DNA of 64,000 nt from Myxococcota bacterium (GCA_046757685.1 JBHHYV010000005.1:374-64373); one strand, 5' to 3'. Shown: positions 8,503-21,405, counted from the first letter of the stretch. Numbers and translations: made by a program. The notes: a model not told the origin generated them from the sequence alone.

Positions 8503-10434
8503 CTACGAAATCCCACGCGTTCGAACCTCTTCCCTCATCTCGCTCCTGAAGTCGTCCGTGTTCATCGACTTCTGCTCTCGCTGGTGGCGCCGCCGGACGT
8601 TTACGGTGCCTGCCGACTGCTCGCGGTCGCCGACGACCGCGATGCAGGGAACCTTCTGTCTTTCGGCCTCTCGAATGCGATACCCAAGCGTCTCGTTGCG
8701 CAGGTCGGCCTCGACGCGAAGCCCGTCGCCGACGAGCGCCTCGGCCACCTTGCGCGCGTACTCGCCGTGCCGCTCCGCGACGGGGAGCACCGCGACCTGC
8801 AGCGGAGAGAGCCAGAATGGGAAATCCCCGCCGGTGTGCTCGAGGTAGATGGCGATGAAGCGCTCCAAGGAGCCGAGTATGGCACGGTGCAGCATTTCTG
8901 GCTGGTGCTCGGCTCCGTCCCGACCAATATAGCGGAGTCCGAATCGACCCGGCATGGCCGTGTCGATCTGCAGGGTGGCCAGGGTCCAGGCGCGTCCGAG
9001 CACATCGACGAAGTCGAACTCGACCTTGGGACCGTAGAAGGCCCCCTGCCCCGTCTTGATTCCGCACTCGTAGCCCGCGTCCCGGACGGCGGCGGTCAGC
9101 GTCTGCTCGCCACGCTCCCAGTCGTCCGGCTCGCCGATGAACGCGTCGGGCCGCGTGGACACCGAGACGCGAACGCCCGAGAGGCCGAGGTCGCGATAGA
9201 CCTCGCCGGTCATCTCGAAGAAGCGCTCGACCTCGCGGGCCACCTGGTCGGGCTCGCAGTAGATGTGGGCATCGTCCTGGGCCATCGAGCGTACCCGGGT
9301 CAGTCCCTGCAGCGTGCCCGAGCGTTCGTTGCGGTGAAGCCGCGAGAACTCCGCGAGCCGCAGCGGCAGCTCGCGGTAGGAGCGCTTCTGGGAGCGGAAG
9401 AGCAGACAGTGCCCGGGGCAGTTCATCGGCTTGACGAAGAGCTCCTCCTCTTCCTCGTTGACGATGCGGAACATCTCGCCCCGGAACTTCTGGTAGTGGC
9501 CCGAGACCTTGAAGAGCGCTGCGTCGAAGATCTGCGGGCAGATCACCTCCTGGTAGCCGTAGCGGCGGTAGAGGCCTCGCATGTAGCTCTCCAGCCCCTG
9601 GTAGAGCACCAGCCCTCGGGGCAGGTAGAAGGGGGAGCCCTGGGCCCACTCGTGGAACTGGAAGAGACCGAGCTCGGGCCCCACCCTCCGGTGGTCGCGG
9701 CGCCGGGCCTCCTCGACGCGCGCCAGGTGCTCGTCGAGCTGGCGGCGACTTGCGAAGGCGGTGCCGTAGATCCGCTGCAGCATCTCGTTGCGCTCATCGC
9801 CCCGCCAGTAAGACCCCGCCACCTCGAGCAGCTTGTGCGCCCCGATCTGGCCGGTTCGCTGCACGTGGGGTCCGCGACAGACGTCCACGAAGTCGCCGTG
9901 CCCGAAGACCGTGATCGGCTCATCGTCGGGAATGTCCTCGAGGCGTGCGAGCTTGAGCGTCTCGCCACGGGCCTCGAGCAGCGCTCGAACCTGCTCGCGG
10001 GTCTGGACGTCGCGCGTGAAGGGCGCATCCCGATCGATGATGCGCTGCATCTCCGCCTCGATGCGCGGAAAGTCCTCCGGGGTCACGCGCTCGGGAATCC
10101 GGAAGTCGTACTGGAACTTCTCGCTGTGATCCGAGCGCCCGACATCGATCTGGGTGCCGGGCCAGAGCCGCTGCACCGCGTCGGCCATCACGTGCTCGGC
10201 GGAGTGGCGAATCACCTCGCCCGCCTCGGGGTCGCGGGTCGTGAGAATCCGGCAGGTTCCGGAGTGGGGAATCGGCTCGCGCAGGTCGACCCAGCCATCG
10301 TCGAGCTTGGCCGCCACGGCTGCGCGGGCCAGCCCGGGGCCGATCTCTCGCGCGAGGTCGAGCGGAGTCGCTCCCCGCTCGAGCGTCCGCCGACTGCCGT
10401 CCGGAAGGACGATCTCGATCTCCGAGGCTTGCAT
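8503..10434 (-). CDS. thrS: threonine--tRNA ligase
   Basis: Track ORF 8503..10509; TGS/editing/class II catalytic/anticodon-binding regions recognisable (MQASEIEIVLPDGSRRTL...HRAILGSLERFIAIYLEHTGGDFPFWLSPLQVAVLPV). Start at internal ATG ~10432-10434. Confidence 0.9.
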   Translation of the reverse strand: MQASEIEIVLPDGSRRTLERGATPLDLAREIGPGLARAAVAAKLDDGWVDLREPIPHSGTCRILTTRDPEAGEVIRHSAEHVMADAVQRLWPGTQIDVGRSDHSEKFQYDFRIPERVTPEDFPRIEAEMQRIIDRDAPFTRDVQTREQVRALLEARGETLKLARLEDIPDDEPITVFGHGDFVDVCRGPHVQRTGQIGAHKLLEVAGSYWRGDERNEMLQRIYGTAFASRRQLDEHLARVEEARRRDHRRVGPELGLFQFHEWAQGSPFYLPRGLVLYQGLESYMRGLYRRYGYQEVICPQIFDAALFKVSGHYQKFRGEMFRIVNEEEEELFVKPMNCPGHCLLFRSQKRSYRELPLRLAEFSRLHRNERSGTLQGLTRVRSMAQDDAHIYCEPDQVAREVERFFEMTGEVYRDLGLSGVRVSVSTRPDAFIGEPDDWERGEQTLTAAVRDAGYECGIKTGQGAFYGPKVEFDFVDVLGRAWTLATLQIDTAMPGRFGLRYIGRDGAEHQPEMLHRAILGSLERFIAIYLEHTGGDFPFWLSPLQVAVLPVAERHGEYARKVAEALVGDGLRVEADLRNETLGYRIREAERQKVPCIAVVGDREQSAGTVNVRRRHQREQKSMNTDDFRSEMREEVRTRGIS

Positions 10435-10513
10435 GTCCGGGTCCCGTCCGCCTGCCGGCTCTGGTGTAAGCAGGCGGATTTCATAACAATTCGGCCGCTT
10501 CAGGTCCACACCT

Positions 10514-11614
10514 TCAGCCCGGTCCCCCGGCCTCGGGTCCCGCCTGGCCCCCGGAGTCGGGCTTGGATGGAGCCCCCCGGGCGAGGGCCTCCCGCACGGC
10601 GGGCCAGAGGGCCTCCTTGGCGATGGCCAGGACCGGCACCGCGACCAGCATTCCGACCAGGCCTGCGAGCTGATGGGCGGCGAGGAGGCCGAGCACCACC
10701 GCCAGCGGATGGAGCCCGAGCCGGTCCCCGACGATCTTGGGCGTGATCAGGCTTCCCTCGAGCGCCTGGACGGCGCCGAAGCCGATCGCCGTCCAGACCA
10801 TGGGCATCCCGATCCCGCCCTCGAACGCGACCAGCAGCTCTGCCAGGGCCAGGCCGAGGGCCGGCCCGGCGTAGGGAATCAGCGTGAGAGCGCCCGCGAG
10901 GATGCCCACCAGGATTGCGAAGGGAACTCCCGCAAGGTGGAAGGCGCCCGCGTAGAGGGCGCCTACGACGATGCAGACCGTCAGCTGCCCCCGGAGGTAC
11001 GCCGAGACGATCCGATCGACCTGACGGGCCGTCTCGAGCACGCGGGGCCTCACGTCGGCCGGGATCACCGAGGCGGCCGCGGCGCGAATGCGTGGCGCGT
11101 CCCGGAGCAGGTGGAAGCAGAGGAGCGGAACCAGGGCCAGCTGCACGAGCACGCCGACGATGCCGGCCGTCGTCGAGAAGAGCTGCGAGGCCACCGCCGC
11201 GAAGGGGGTCCCGAGGGACTCCGGCTGGATCTGCTCCACCACGCCGCGCCAGGCGCGCAGGTCGAGGACGGCCTCGGGCCAGGGGGAGTGGGCCTGGAGC
11301 CAGGGCAGCCACTCGCCCACCAGCCGATCCGCCAGGGGTGGGACGAGCTGGACCAGCTCGCCCAGCTCGGTCCACAGGAAGGGCCCGAGCCAGAGCGCGG
11401 CGGCCAGGGGGACCAGGACCGCACAGCCCACCGCGGCTCCCGCGCCGACCCAGCGGTCGACCCCTCGTCGCTCGAGGGTGTTCACCAGCGGCCCCATGAG
11501 GTAGGCGACGAAGCCAGAGAGCGAGAGCGCCAGCAGGACTCCCTGGAGGGCCCACCCCAGCGCCGCCAGCAGCAGGCCCGCGAGCAGGACGAGGCCGGCG
11601 TCCCTGCGGTTCAT
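10514..11614 (-). CDS. AI-2E family (PerM/YdiK/UPF0118) membrane transporter
   Basis: Track ORF 10514..11692; polytopic membrane protein with AI-2E-like C-terminal region (GALTLIPYAGPALGLALAELLVAF...LEGSLITPKIVGDRLGLHPLAVVLGLL). Likely start MNRRDAG at ATG ~11612-11614. Confidence 0.7.
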   Translation of the reverse strand: MNRRDAGLVLLAGLLLAALGWALQGVLLALSLSGFVAYLMGPLVNTLERRGVDRWVGAGAAVGCAVLVPLAAALWLGPFLWTELGELVQLVPPLADRLVGEWLPWLQAHSPWPEAVLDLRAWRGVVEQIQPESLGTPFAAVASQLFSTTAGIVGVLVQLALVPLLCFHLLRDAPRIRAAAASVIPADVRPRVLETARQVDRIVSAYLRGQLTVCIVVGALYAGAFHLAGVPFAILVGILAGALTLIPYAGPALGLALAELLVAFEGGIGMPMVWTAIGFGAVQALEGSLITPKIVGDRLGLHPLAVVLGLLAAHQLAGLVGMLVAVPVLAIAKEALWPAVREALARGAPSKPDSGGQAGPEAGGPG

Positions 11615-11618
11615 GGGC

Positions 11619-12854
11619 TCACCGGCCGGGATCTGCCCGAGCGCCGGTGCCGGCCGCCGGCGCGGGTGCCGTGGCAGAGGCCCCGCTCGCATCCGGGAGA
11701 CTCGCGACGGGGATCAGCCGCAGCTCCACGCTCTTGGAGAGCACGCCTCGTTTCTCGAGCCTGAAGCCCGGGAAGCTGGAGGCGGCCAGGCGCTCGGCCA
11801 GCGCCCCGGGCGAGAGCGTGCCCTCGACCTCGAGGACGGCCCGTCCCGGGGCCAGGCGCTCGATCGAGGCGCGCTTTGCCCCGAGGCTTCGGAGCAGGGC
11901 TCGCTGAACCGCCTCGACCTGTGCCAGGCCGGCGACGTCGGCGAGCCGCACCTCCAAGGGTCCCACGGGCCCCGCGAGGGTCGTCCAGTTCCCGCGGAGC
12001 TGCTGGACCACGTTGTCGGCCACCTGGCTCTGGAGTGCGGCCAACGCGCGGCGCTGAGCCTCCGAGAGGCGCGTGTGGTACGCCGGCGCGTCGAATCGAG
12101 ACGACGCCAGCAGCGAGCCGTCGCGCGTGCGTCGCGCTCGAACGCTCACCTCCAGGCTGCCCCCGACGAGGCTCTGACCGACGGTGCGCGCGATCCAGCG
12201 AAGGTCGGCATCGAGGGCGACGTCGCTCCCGAGCTCCTTCCCGACCTCCAGGGCGCTCCGCGGAGGGGACACCGGACTCGCGGACGGAGGAGGGGGAAGC
12301 ACGATGTAGCCCGCCTCGCCGAGGCGCTGGCTCAACGCCTGGGTCAGGAGTCGAGGCAGCGAAGGGTCGATCTCGGACTCTCCCGGGACGACCTGCGCTA
12401 CGACGACCACCGAGGGTCGGTCCGGGGAGGGGCCGAGCCAGCCTGCGGCGGTCAGGAGCTTGCGCACCTGGCTGCCATCGAGGGTCGCGAGCACCGTGAC
12501 GGCATACTCCGAGCGCGACGGGTCGCCCGCGACGGGGCGCGGACCCGCACCCGGCTCGATCCGGTAGGTCACCAGGGCTTCGGCAGCGCGGGGCGCGAGG
12601 GCGGCGCGGAGCGCCTCGGTCTCCTCCGGCCCCAGCTCTCGCCCGAGCTGGGTGCGCGCCACCTGCAGGACGGCCTCGACCACCGCCGCTCGAAAGGCCC
12701 GTTCCCGGCCGGGCTGGCTCTCGTCGGCTCCGAGAGGCGCGATGCCCTCGGCTCGAACAGAGACCGGCCCGATGGCGAATCCGAGCCGGGGCGCCCAGGC
12801 GCCAGCGACCAGTCCGAGCAGGAGGATCCCGCGAGCGATACGACCCCGTGTCAA
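11619..12854 (-). CDS. hypothetical secreted protein (signal peptide)
   Basis: Track ORF 11619..13079, but its first ~75 codons overlap the dnaE 3' end. Plausible TTG start (LTRGRIARGILLLGLVAGAWA, signal-peptide-like) overlaps the dnaE stop (TTGA). No recognisable family. Confidence 0.45.
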   Translation of the reverse strand: MTRGRIARGILLLGLVAGAWAPRLGFAIGPVSVRAEGIAPLGADESQPGRERAFRAAVVEAVLQVARTQLGRELGPEETEALRAALAPRAAEALVTYRIEPGAGPRPVAGDPSRSEYAVTVLATLDGSQVRKLLTAAGWLGPSPDRPSVVVVAQVVPGESEIDPSLPRLLTQALSQRLGEAGYIVLPPPPSASPVSPPRSALEVGKELGSDVALDADLRWIARTVGQSLVGGSLEVSVRARRTRDGSLLASSRFDAPAYHTRLSEAQRRALAALQSQVADNVVQQLRGNWTTLAGPVGPLEVRLADVAGLAQVEAVQRALLRSLGAKRASIERLAPGRAVLEVEGTLSPGALAERLAASSFPGFRLEKRGVLSKSVELRLIPVASLPDASGASATAPAPAAGTGARADPGR

Positions 12855-15800
12855 AGCGCAGCCCGGCACTCGACCGACGCCGGTCCGAAGAGACCCTCGA
12901 TCTCGGATACGAGCTCCGCAGTCACGCGGACGCGATGTTGCGCGAGAGAGAGCACGGCCTCGACCGTCCCGAGGCCGAGCTCGATCCGGATCGGGATCTC
13001 CCCCGGCGCCGGATCGAGGAGCGCCCGCAGCCTCTCGAGACGCTCCCGGGTCGCGCGCTTGGCGGGGACGCGAATGCACAGCTCACGCGTCCGCCAGCCC
13101 CAGGCCTCCTCGAGACGAACCACCTCGTCCACCATCAGCTCCGGACGCTCCGTCTCGATCTGGAGGGTGCCCTCGACGAGCAGGGGCTCGGCGGAGCGCA
13201 GCACCTCGGCGTGCTGCTCCCAGACGGCGGGGAAGAGCACCACGGGGACGACCCCCGAGAGGTCCTCGAGGATGCCCCGAGCCATCAGCTGGCCTCGCCG
13301 CGTCTTGGTGGTCTGGATCGCCTGCAGGAGACCTCCCATCCGGACGCGCTGTCCCCGGAGACCCTCGTGGATCTCCCCGGGTCTCACGCTGCACAGGCGT
13401 CCCAGGGTGTCATCGTGCACCTGCAGGGGATGCCCGGTCACGTAGAAGCCCAGGATCTCCTTTTCGCCCGCCAGGCACTGCTCTCGCGGCCACTCCCCCC
13501 GATCCTCGGGAACCGGCTCCGGTGAGGCCAGGTCCCCCGCGAAGAGCGACCCCTGGCCCGAGGTTCGCTCCCGCTCGGCTCGCTGCCCGCGCTCGAGCGC
13601 GGGTCCGACGGCGCTCCAGAGCGACGCGCGAGTGGCCCCGAAGACATCGAACGCGCCGCAGCGCACCAGGCTCTCGACCACGCGTCGATTCACGCGTCCT
13701 CCCTCGACGCGCTCGCAGAAGTCGTAGAGGCCACGGAAGGCCCCGCCCTCCGCGCGCGCCTTGAGGATCGACTCGACCGCCCCTTCCCCCACGTTCTTGC
13801 ACCCACCCAGCCCGAAGCGGATCGCCCGGCCGTCTTGGGCCACGCTGAAGTCGGCGTCGCTCTCGTTCACGCAGGGCGGAAGCACCCGGATCCCGCGCGC
13901 CGCGGCGTCGCGCATGTAGCGGTCCAGCTTGTCGTGCTCCCGCCACTCCGCAGTCATCATGGCCGCGACGAACTCGGCCGGGTAGTGGGCCTTCAGGTAA
14001 GCCGTCTGGTGGGTCAGCAGGGCGTAGGCCGCGGAGTGCGCCTTGTTGAAGCCATAGCCCGCGAACTCGTAGATCTGGTCGAAGAGAGCCTCGACCGGCT
14101 TGCGGGGGTACCCGTTCTGGACGCAGCCCTCGATGAAGTCCTTGCGCTGGCTCTCCATCTCGCTGGCGATCTTCTTGCCCATCGCGCGCCGGAGAAGATC
14201 GCCCTTGCCCAGCGAGAACCCCGCCAGCCGGTTCGCGATCTGGAGCACCTGGTCCTGGTAGAGGATCACCCCGCAGGTCTCGCCCAGGATCTCCTCGAGC
14301 TCCGGCAGCAGGTAGCGTACGGGCTTGTTTCCCTGCCGCCGCTCCGCGAAGTCGTCGGCCATTCCCGACTGCAGGGGCCCGGGGCGGTAGAGCGCCACCA
14401 GCGGGATCAGGTCCCGAAAGTGGCGCGGCCTGCACTTCACCACGCGATCGGTCATGCCGCTCGACTCGAGCTGGAAGACGCCATCGGTGTCTCCGCGGCA
14501 GAGCATGTCGTAGGTGTCGGGATCATCGAGGGGCGCGGCCTCGATGTCGAAGTCGGGATCGCCACGCGCGCGGATTCCGCGGACGGCATGATCGATGATC
14601 GTCAGGGTGCGCAGCCCGAGGAAGTCGAACTTCACCAGGCCCATGGCCTCGGCGGCACGATAGTCGAACTGGGTGACGACCTCCTTGGTCCGCGAGTCCC
14701 GGTAGAGCGGCACGCTCTCCAGCAGCGGGCGCTGCGAGATCACGATTCCGGCGGGGTGCTTTCCGGGGTTGCGGATCTGGCCCTCGAGCGAGCGGGCGAG
14801 CTCGAAGACCTCGCGCGCCTGGGTGTCCCGCGCGAGCAGCACCTGGAGCTCCTTCGAGGCCCTGCGCGCTTCGTCGAGGGTGATGCCGAGCACGTTCGGT
14901 ACGCACTTGGCCAGGCGATCCGCCTCGCCGAAGGACAGGCCCTTGACCCGGGCCACGTCGCGCAGGGCCGCCTTGGCCTGCATGGTCCCGAAGGTCACGA
15001 TCCCGGCGACGCGTCGCCCCTCCTCTCCCTCGCCGTTGTAGCGCTGCTCGACGTAGCGGATCACCTCGGAGCGGCGGTTCATGCAGAAGTCGATGTCGAA
15101 GTCGGGCATCGACACCCGCTCGGGGTTCAGGAAGCGCTCGAAGGGAATCCGGTACTCGACCGGATCGATCTCGACGATGCGCAGGGCCCAGGCGGTAAGG
15201 CTGCCCGCGCCCGAGCCCCTCCCGGGTCCGACGGGAATGCCCCGCTCGCGGGCGAAGCGGATGAAGTCCCAGACGATCAGGAAGTAGCCCGAGAACCCGC
15301 AGCTCCGAATCACCTCGAGCTCGTAGGAGAGCCTCTCCAGGTAGGGACGATGGCGGGGCTCCGAGTCCAGGGGCGCGTCCGGATCTCCGCAGAGCCGCTC
15401 GGCGAGCCCCCGCCGCGCGGTTCGGGCCAGGTAGGAGTCGGGCGAGCTCCCGGGCGGGAGGGGGAACTCGGGGAGCTGGGTCCGGCCCATCTCGAGCTCG
15501 AAGCGGCAGCGCTCGGCGACCTCGAGAGTGTTCGAGACCGCCTCGGGAAGGTCGTGGAAGACCTCGAGCATTTCGGAGGCGTCCTTCACGTAGAAGCCCT
15601 TGCCGGTGAACTGAAAGCGGTCCGGGTCGTCGAGCGTCTTGCCGGTCTGGACGCAGAGCAGGGTCTCGTGGGGGTGCGCGTCGGCCGCCTCGAGGTAGTG
15701 GGCGTCGTTGGTGGCCACCAGTGGAATCCCCAGGTCCCGATGCATGCGCAGCAGCTCGGCGTTCACCTCGTCCTGGGCCGGAATCCCATGGCGCTGCAGC

Positions 15801-16324
15801 TCGAGATAGAAGCGGTCGCCGAAGATCTTCCGGAACTCCTCCAGACGCTCCCAGGCCTCACGCTTCTCGCCCCGCAGGATGGCTCGCGGGACCTGGGCCG
15901 AGAGGCATCCGGAGGTCGCGATCAACCCTTCGGAGTGCGCGCGGAGCAGCTCCATGTCGATGCGCGGCTTGTAGTAGAACCCCTCCAGGAAGCCGCGCGA
16001 GACCAGCTGGACCAGGTTCCGGTAGCCCTCCTCGTTCATCGCGAGCAGCAGCAGGTGGTTGATGCCGTTGAACCCACCGGTCTCCCGGTCCTTCTGGAAG
16101 CGCGACCCCTGCGCCAGGTAGGTCTCGCAGCCCAGGATCGAGCGCACGCCGGCCTCGGCCGCGGCCCGCTGGAACTGCACCGCGCCGAAGAGGTTGCCGT
16201 GGTCCGTCATGGCGACCGCCGACATGCCCGAGGCCCGCGCGCGCTGCATCAGGGGGCGGACGCCGATGGCTCCGTCGAGGATCGAGTACTGGGTGTGCAG
16301 GTGCAGGTGAGCGAACTCAGCCAT
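12851..16324 (-). CDS. dnaE: DNA polymerase III alpha subunit
   Basis: 1157 aa; PHP domain start MAEFAHLHLHTQYSILDGA, polymerase core and OB-fold regions. Confidence 0.95.
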   Translation of the reverse strand: MAEFAHLHLHTQYSILDGAIGVRPLMQRARASGMSAVAMTDHGNLFGAVQFQRAAAEAGVRSILGCETYLAQGSRFQKDRETGGFNGINHLLLLAMNEEGYRNLVQLVSRGFLEGFYYKPRIDMELLRAHSEGLIATSGCLSAQVPRAILRGEKREAWERLEEFRKIFGDRFYLELQRHGIPAQDEVNAELLRMHRDLGIPLVATNDAHYLEAADAHPHETLLCVQTGKTLDDPDRFQFTGKGFYVKDASEMLEVFHDLPEAVSNTLEVAERCRFELEMGRTQLPEFPLPPGSSPDSYLARTARRGLAERLCGDPDAPLDSEPRHRPYLERLSYELEVIRSCGFSGYFLIVWDFIRFARERGIPVGPGRGSGAGSLTAWALRIVEIDPVEYRIPFERFLNPERVSMPDFDIDFCMNRRSEVIRYVEQRYNGEGEEGRRVAGIVTFGTMQAKAALRDVARVKGLSFGEADRLAKCVPNVLGITLDEARRASKELQVLLARDTQAREVFELARSLEGQIRNPGKHPAGIVISQRPLLESVPLYRDSRTKEVVTQFDYRAAEAMGLVKFDFLGLRTLTIIDHAVRGIRARGDPDFDIEAAPLDDPDTYDMLCRGDTDGVFQLESSGMTDRVVKCRPRHFRDLIPLVALYRPGPLQSGMADDFAERRQGNKPVRYLLPELEEILGETCGVILYQDQVLQIANRLAGFSLGKGDLLRRAMGKKIASEMESQRKDFIEGCVQNGYPRKPVEALFDQIYEFAGYGFNKAHSAAYALLTHQTAYLKAHYPAEFVAAMMTAEWREHDKLDRYMRDAAARGIRVLPPCVNESDADFSVAQDGRAIRFGLGGCKNVGEGAVESILKARAEGGAFRGLYDFCERVEGGRVNRRVVESLVRCGAFDVFGATRASLWSAVGPALERGQRAERERTSGQGSLFAGDLASPEPVPEDRGEWPREQCLAGEKEILGFYVTGHPLQVHDDTLGRLCSVRPGEIHEGLRGQRVRMGGLLQAIQTTKTRRGQLMARGILEDLSGVVPVVLFPAVWEQHAEVLRSAEPLLVEGTLQIETERPELMVDEVVRLEEAWGWRTRELCIRVPAKRATRERLERLRALLDPAPGEIPIRIELGLGTVEAVLSLAQHRVRVTAELVSEIEGLFGPASVECRAAL

Positions 16325-16372
16325 CGGGGAGGTCCAGGGAGACGGGATGCCGACGCCGCGCGCCCGCCACCC

Positions 16373-17911
16373 TCACTCCCACTCGATCGTCGCGGGCGGC
16401 TTGCTCGAGATGTCGTAGACGACGCGATTGACTCCCCGCACCTCGTTGATGATGCGGCCGGAGATGCGCGCGAGCAATTCTGCGGGAAGGCGTGCCCAGT
16501 CCGCGGTCATCGCATCATCGGACTCCACGCAGCGAAGGCAGATGGCGTGCTCGTAGGTCCGCGCGTCGCCCATCACTCCGACCGAGCGGAGCGGGAGGAA
16601 GACGCAGAACGCCTGCCACAGGCGCGAGTCCCAGCCGGCGGCCCGGATCTCCTCGAGCGCGATCCGATCGGCCGCGCGCAGCCGCTCGAGCCGGCTCGGA
16701 GTGACCTCGCCGACGATGCGAACCGCCAATCCCGGTCCCGGAAAGGGCTGACGCATGTAGAGGGCCTCGGGGATCCCGAGGGTCGCCGCCAGCCGGCGGA
16801 CCTCGTCCTTGAAGAGCGCGCGCAGCGGCTCGACCAGCTCCAGGTGCATCCGCTCCGGCAGGCCGCCCACGTTGTGATGGGTCTTGATGGTCGCCGAGGG
16901 GCCGTGGACCGAGAGCGACTCGATCACGTCGGGATAGAGGGTTCCCTGCGCCAGGAAGCGCGCGTCGGGGTGACGCCGCGCCGCGCGCTCGAAGACCTCG
17001 ATGAACGTGTGGCCGATCACGACGCGCTTCTTCTCCGGATCCTCGACCCCGGAGAGCCGTTCCAGGAAGAGCCCCGCCGCGTCGAGGGTCTCGAGCGGGA
17101 TGCCCAGCTCGCCCTCGAAGGCCCGCTCGACGGCCTCGACCTCGCCGGTTCGAAGCAGCCCGTTGTCGATGAAGATGCAGTGCAGGCGCGGTCCCAGGGC
17201 TCGCTCGCAGAGCGCGGCCACCACGCTGGAGTCCACACCTCCGGAGACCCCGCAGAGCACGCTGGCGTCGCCGACTCGAGACTGGATCTCGCGGGTCTGC
17301 CGCTCGATGAAGTCCTCCATAGTCCAGGTCGCCGAGAGACCCGCGATCCTTATGAGGAAGTTCCGGAGGATCCGCAGGCCCTCGCGGGTGTGGGCGACCT
17401 CGGGATGGAACTGCAACCCGAAGATCGGCCGCTCGCGGTGGCGTATCGCGGCGAAGGGGCTGTTCTCCGAGGTGCCCACGGCCAGGAGCTCCCCCGGCAG
17501 CCCGCTGACCCGGTCACCATGGCTCATCCAGACCCGGGTCGGACTCGCCACTCCCTCGAAGAGCGGCTCGCCAGCGGCGAGGTCGAGATCGGCGCGCCCG
17601 TACTCGTGAGCCGCAGCCCTCTCGACGCGGCCGCCGAAGTGCTCGACCAAGAGCTGCTGCCCGTAGCAGATCCCGAGCACCGGGACCTGGAGCGCGAGGA
17701 GCTCGGCGAGAAGCTCCGTGGCGGCTTCCTCGACCACGCTCCCCGGGCCGCCCGAGAGCACGACGGCCGACGGCTGGAACGCGCGCACCCACTCGAGGTC
17801 GACCCAGGGAGGCACGATCTCGCAGTAGACCTCGAGCTCGCGAACCCGACGCGCGATCAGCTGGGTGTACTGGGAGCCATAGTCGACGACCAGGACCTGC
17901 TCTCGGTCCAT
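16373..17911 (-). CDS. guaA: GMP synthase (glutamine-hydrolysing)
   Basis: 512 aa; GATase domain then ATP-PPase motif SGGVDSSV; C-terminal ...KPPATIEWE. Confidence 0.95.
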   Translation of the reverse strand: MDREQVLVVDYGSQYTQLIARRVRELEVYCEIVPPWVDLEWVRAFQPSAVVLSGGPGSVVEEAATELLAELLALQVPVLGICYGQQLLVEHFGGRVERAAAHEYGRADLDLAAGEPLFEGVASPTRVWMSHGDRVSGLPGELLAVGTSENSPFAAIRHRERPIFGLQFHPEVAHTREGLRILRNFLIRIAGLSATWTMEDFIERQTREIQSRVGDASVLCGVSGGVDSSVVAALCERALGPRLHCIFIDNGLLRTGEVEAVERAFEGELGIPLETLDAAGLFLERLSGVEDPEKKRVVIGHTFIEVFERAARRHPDARFLAQGTLYPDVIESLSVHGPSATIKTHHNVGGLPERMHLELVEPLRALFKDEVRRLAATLGIPEALYMRQPFPGPGLAVRIVGEVTPSRLERLRAADRIALEEIRAAGWDSRLWQAFCVFLPLRSVGVMGDARTYEHAICLRCVESDDAMTADWARLPAELLARISGRIINEVRGVNRVVYDISSKPPATIEWE

Positions 17912-17915
17912 GGGA

Positions 17916-19860
<1,945 letters not shown>

Positions 19861-19863
<3 letters not shown>

Positions 19864-21405
19864 CGGGACCAGCCTTGCAAAGGCGTTCTGGAGCGCCCCA
19901 CGCCTGCCCGCCGGATCCGCGGGAAGCGCCAGGAGAGGAGTCGCATCGAGCTCGGGAATCCCGCTGCGCAACCTCCCGGACTCGGCCGCTCGCCGCGCCT
20001 GGAGCGTGGTGGCGAGCGGCACGATCGGTCGGCCCGAACCTCGGATCAGGCTCGAGATCGCCGCCCCCAGCGTCCGCGCCGACTCGTCCGGAGAGCCGTC
20101 GAGAACCGCCAGCCCACCGAGGGCCCCGTGACTCGCCACGTCGAGCAGCGGCGCGAAGAGCGGGTCGGCCGAGACACCCACCAGACGCAGGCACAGCTCT
20201 TCTCCGAGGGGCAGCTCCGCGAGGGTTCCGACCTGGGCCAGGGTCGAGCCCGAGGGGTCGCGCGCGGGGCGGCGCCGGGCGAGGCCACCCTCCGCCTCGA
20301 GTGCGTCCATCAGGCAGGCGAGTGCCGTCTCGGACGAGGGAAGCACCAGCACCTTGAGCTCGCGGCCCGGGCGCGTGCGCTGCGAGTCCATCCAGTCGCC
20401 GATGCGACGCACCTGCTTGGGAGTGAGCAGCTCCGCGGGCGCGGGGGTGGTGTCTCGCACCTCGGGCGCCGGGCTCACCACCGCGAGCGCTCCGCGCGCC
20501 ATCAGGTCCTGGATCGCCCGCAGGACCTGGTAGTCCGGGGCCGGACAGCGATCGACGATGCTCGAGAGCGGCGCGTCGCTCGCGGCGGTATCCAGGACCT
20601 GCCGCCAGAGCGGATGGACGATATCGGGAAGCCTGGAGCGCGAGATCCGGAGCCGCAGGCGTGCGGCCTGGGGTGGGAGCTTCGGGCGCAGCCGGTCCCA
20701 CTCGTCCAGCTGTCGCGCCCCTTCGAGCAGGAGGGCGCGGGTGGAGCGCTCGATCCGCTGCTCGACCTCGACGGGAGTGGGCGAGAACTCGAAGTGTCCG
20801 GTGCGCCAGCTGAGCAGGCGGAAGAGGGCCTTCTCTCCGGTCAGCGACAGGCCCTCGGCGGTGCGCACACTCGCCGAGACGACCTGACCCGCGTCCAGGG
20901 CCAGGCTTCCGGCTCCCGCGTCGGAGGCCCCGGAGACCGCCAGGAGGCCCGTGCGACGGCTCCCCAGGAAGAGCTGGAGCAGGTCCGGGAGAGAGAGCTG
21001 CTCGAGACTTCCCGCGACCTCGCTCTGCGCGCGCGACGGCAGGGGATCGGGCGCGGGATCTCGCATGCGCTCGAGCTGGTCGCCGAGCTCCGCGTCGCCC
21101 CAGGGCGGCTCGAGGACTCCGTCCCGGACGTCCATCCCGACCGGCGTCTCGAGCACGTCGTCGACGAGGAAGAGGAAGCGCGCGTCGCGGGTGCGGGGAT
21201 TGCCACGGAGGATCTCCGCGAGTCGTGCACCGTCGATGATGGGCAGATCGATCGGACACACGATCAGCGCGGGCACGCGCTCGAGAGCCATCTCGAGCGC
21301 CGCAGCCCCGTGAACCGCCCGGTCGATGATGTGGCCGCCCGCGGCGCAGGCCTCGGAGAGGCGCTTGCCTCGGCCCGGGTCGTCGTCGGCGAGCAGGATT
21401 CGCAT
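19861..21405 (-). CDS. response regulator: REC domain + DUF4388 (PATAN-type) + uncharacterised C-terminal domain
   Basis: 514 aa; REC N-terminus MRILLADDDPGRGKRL...LIVCPIDLP; DUF4388 signature GSLEQLSLPDLLQLFLGSRRTGLLAVSGAS...GEKALFRLLSWRTGHFEF; ~250 aa C-terminal region unassigned. Confidence 0.75.
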
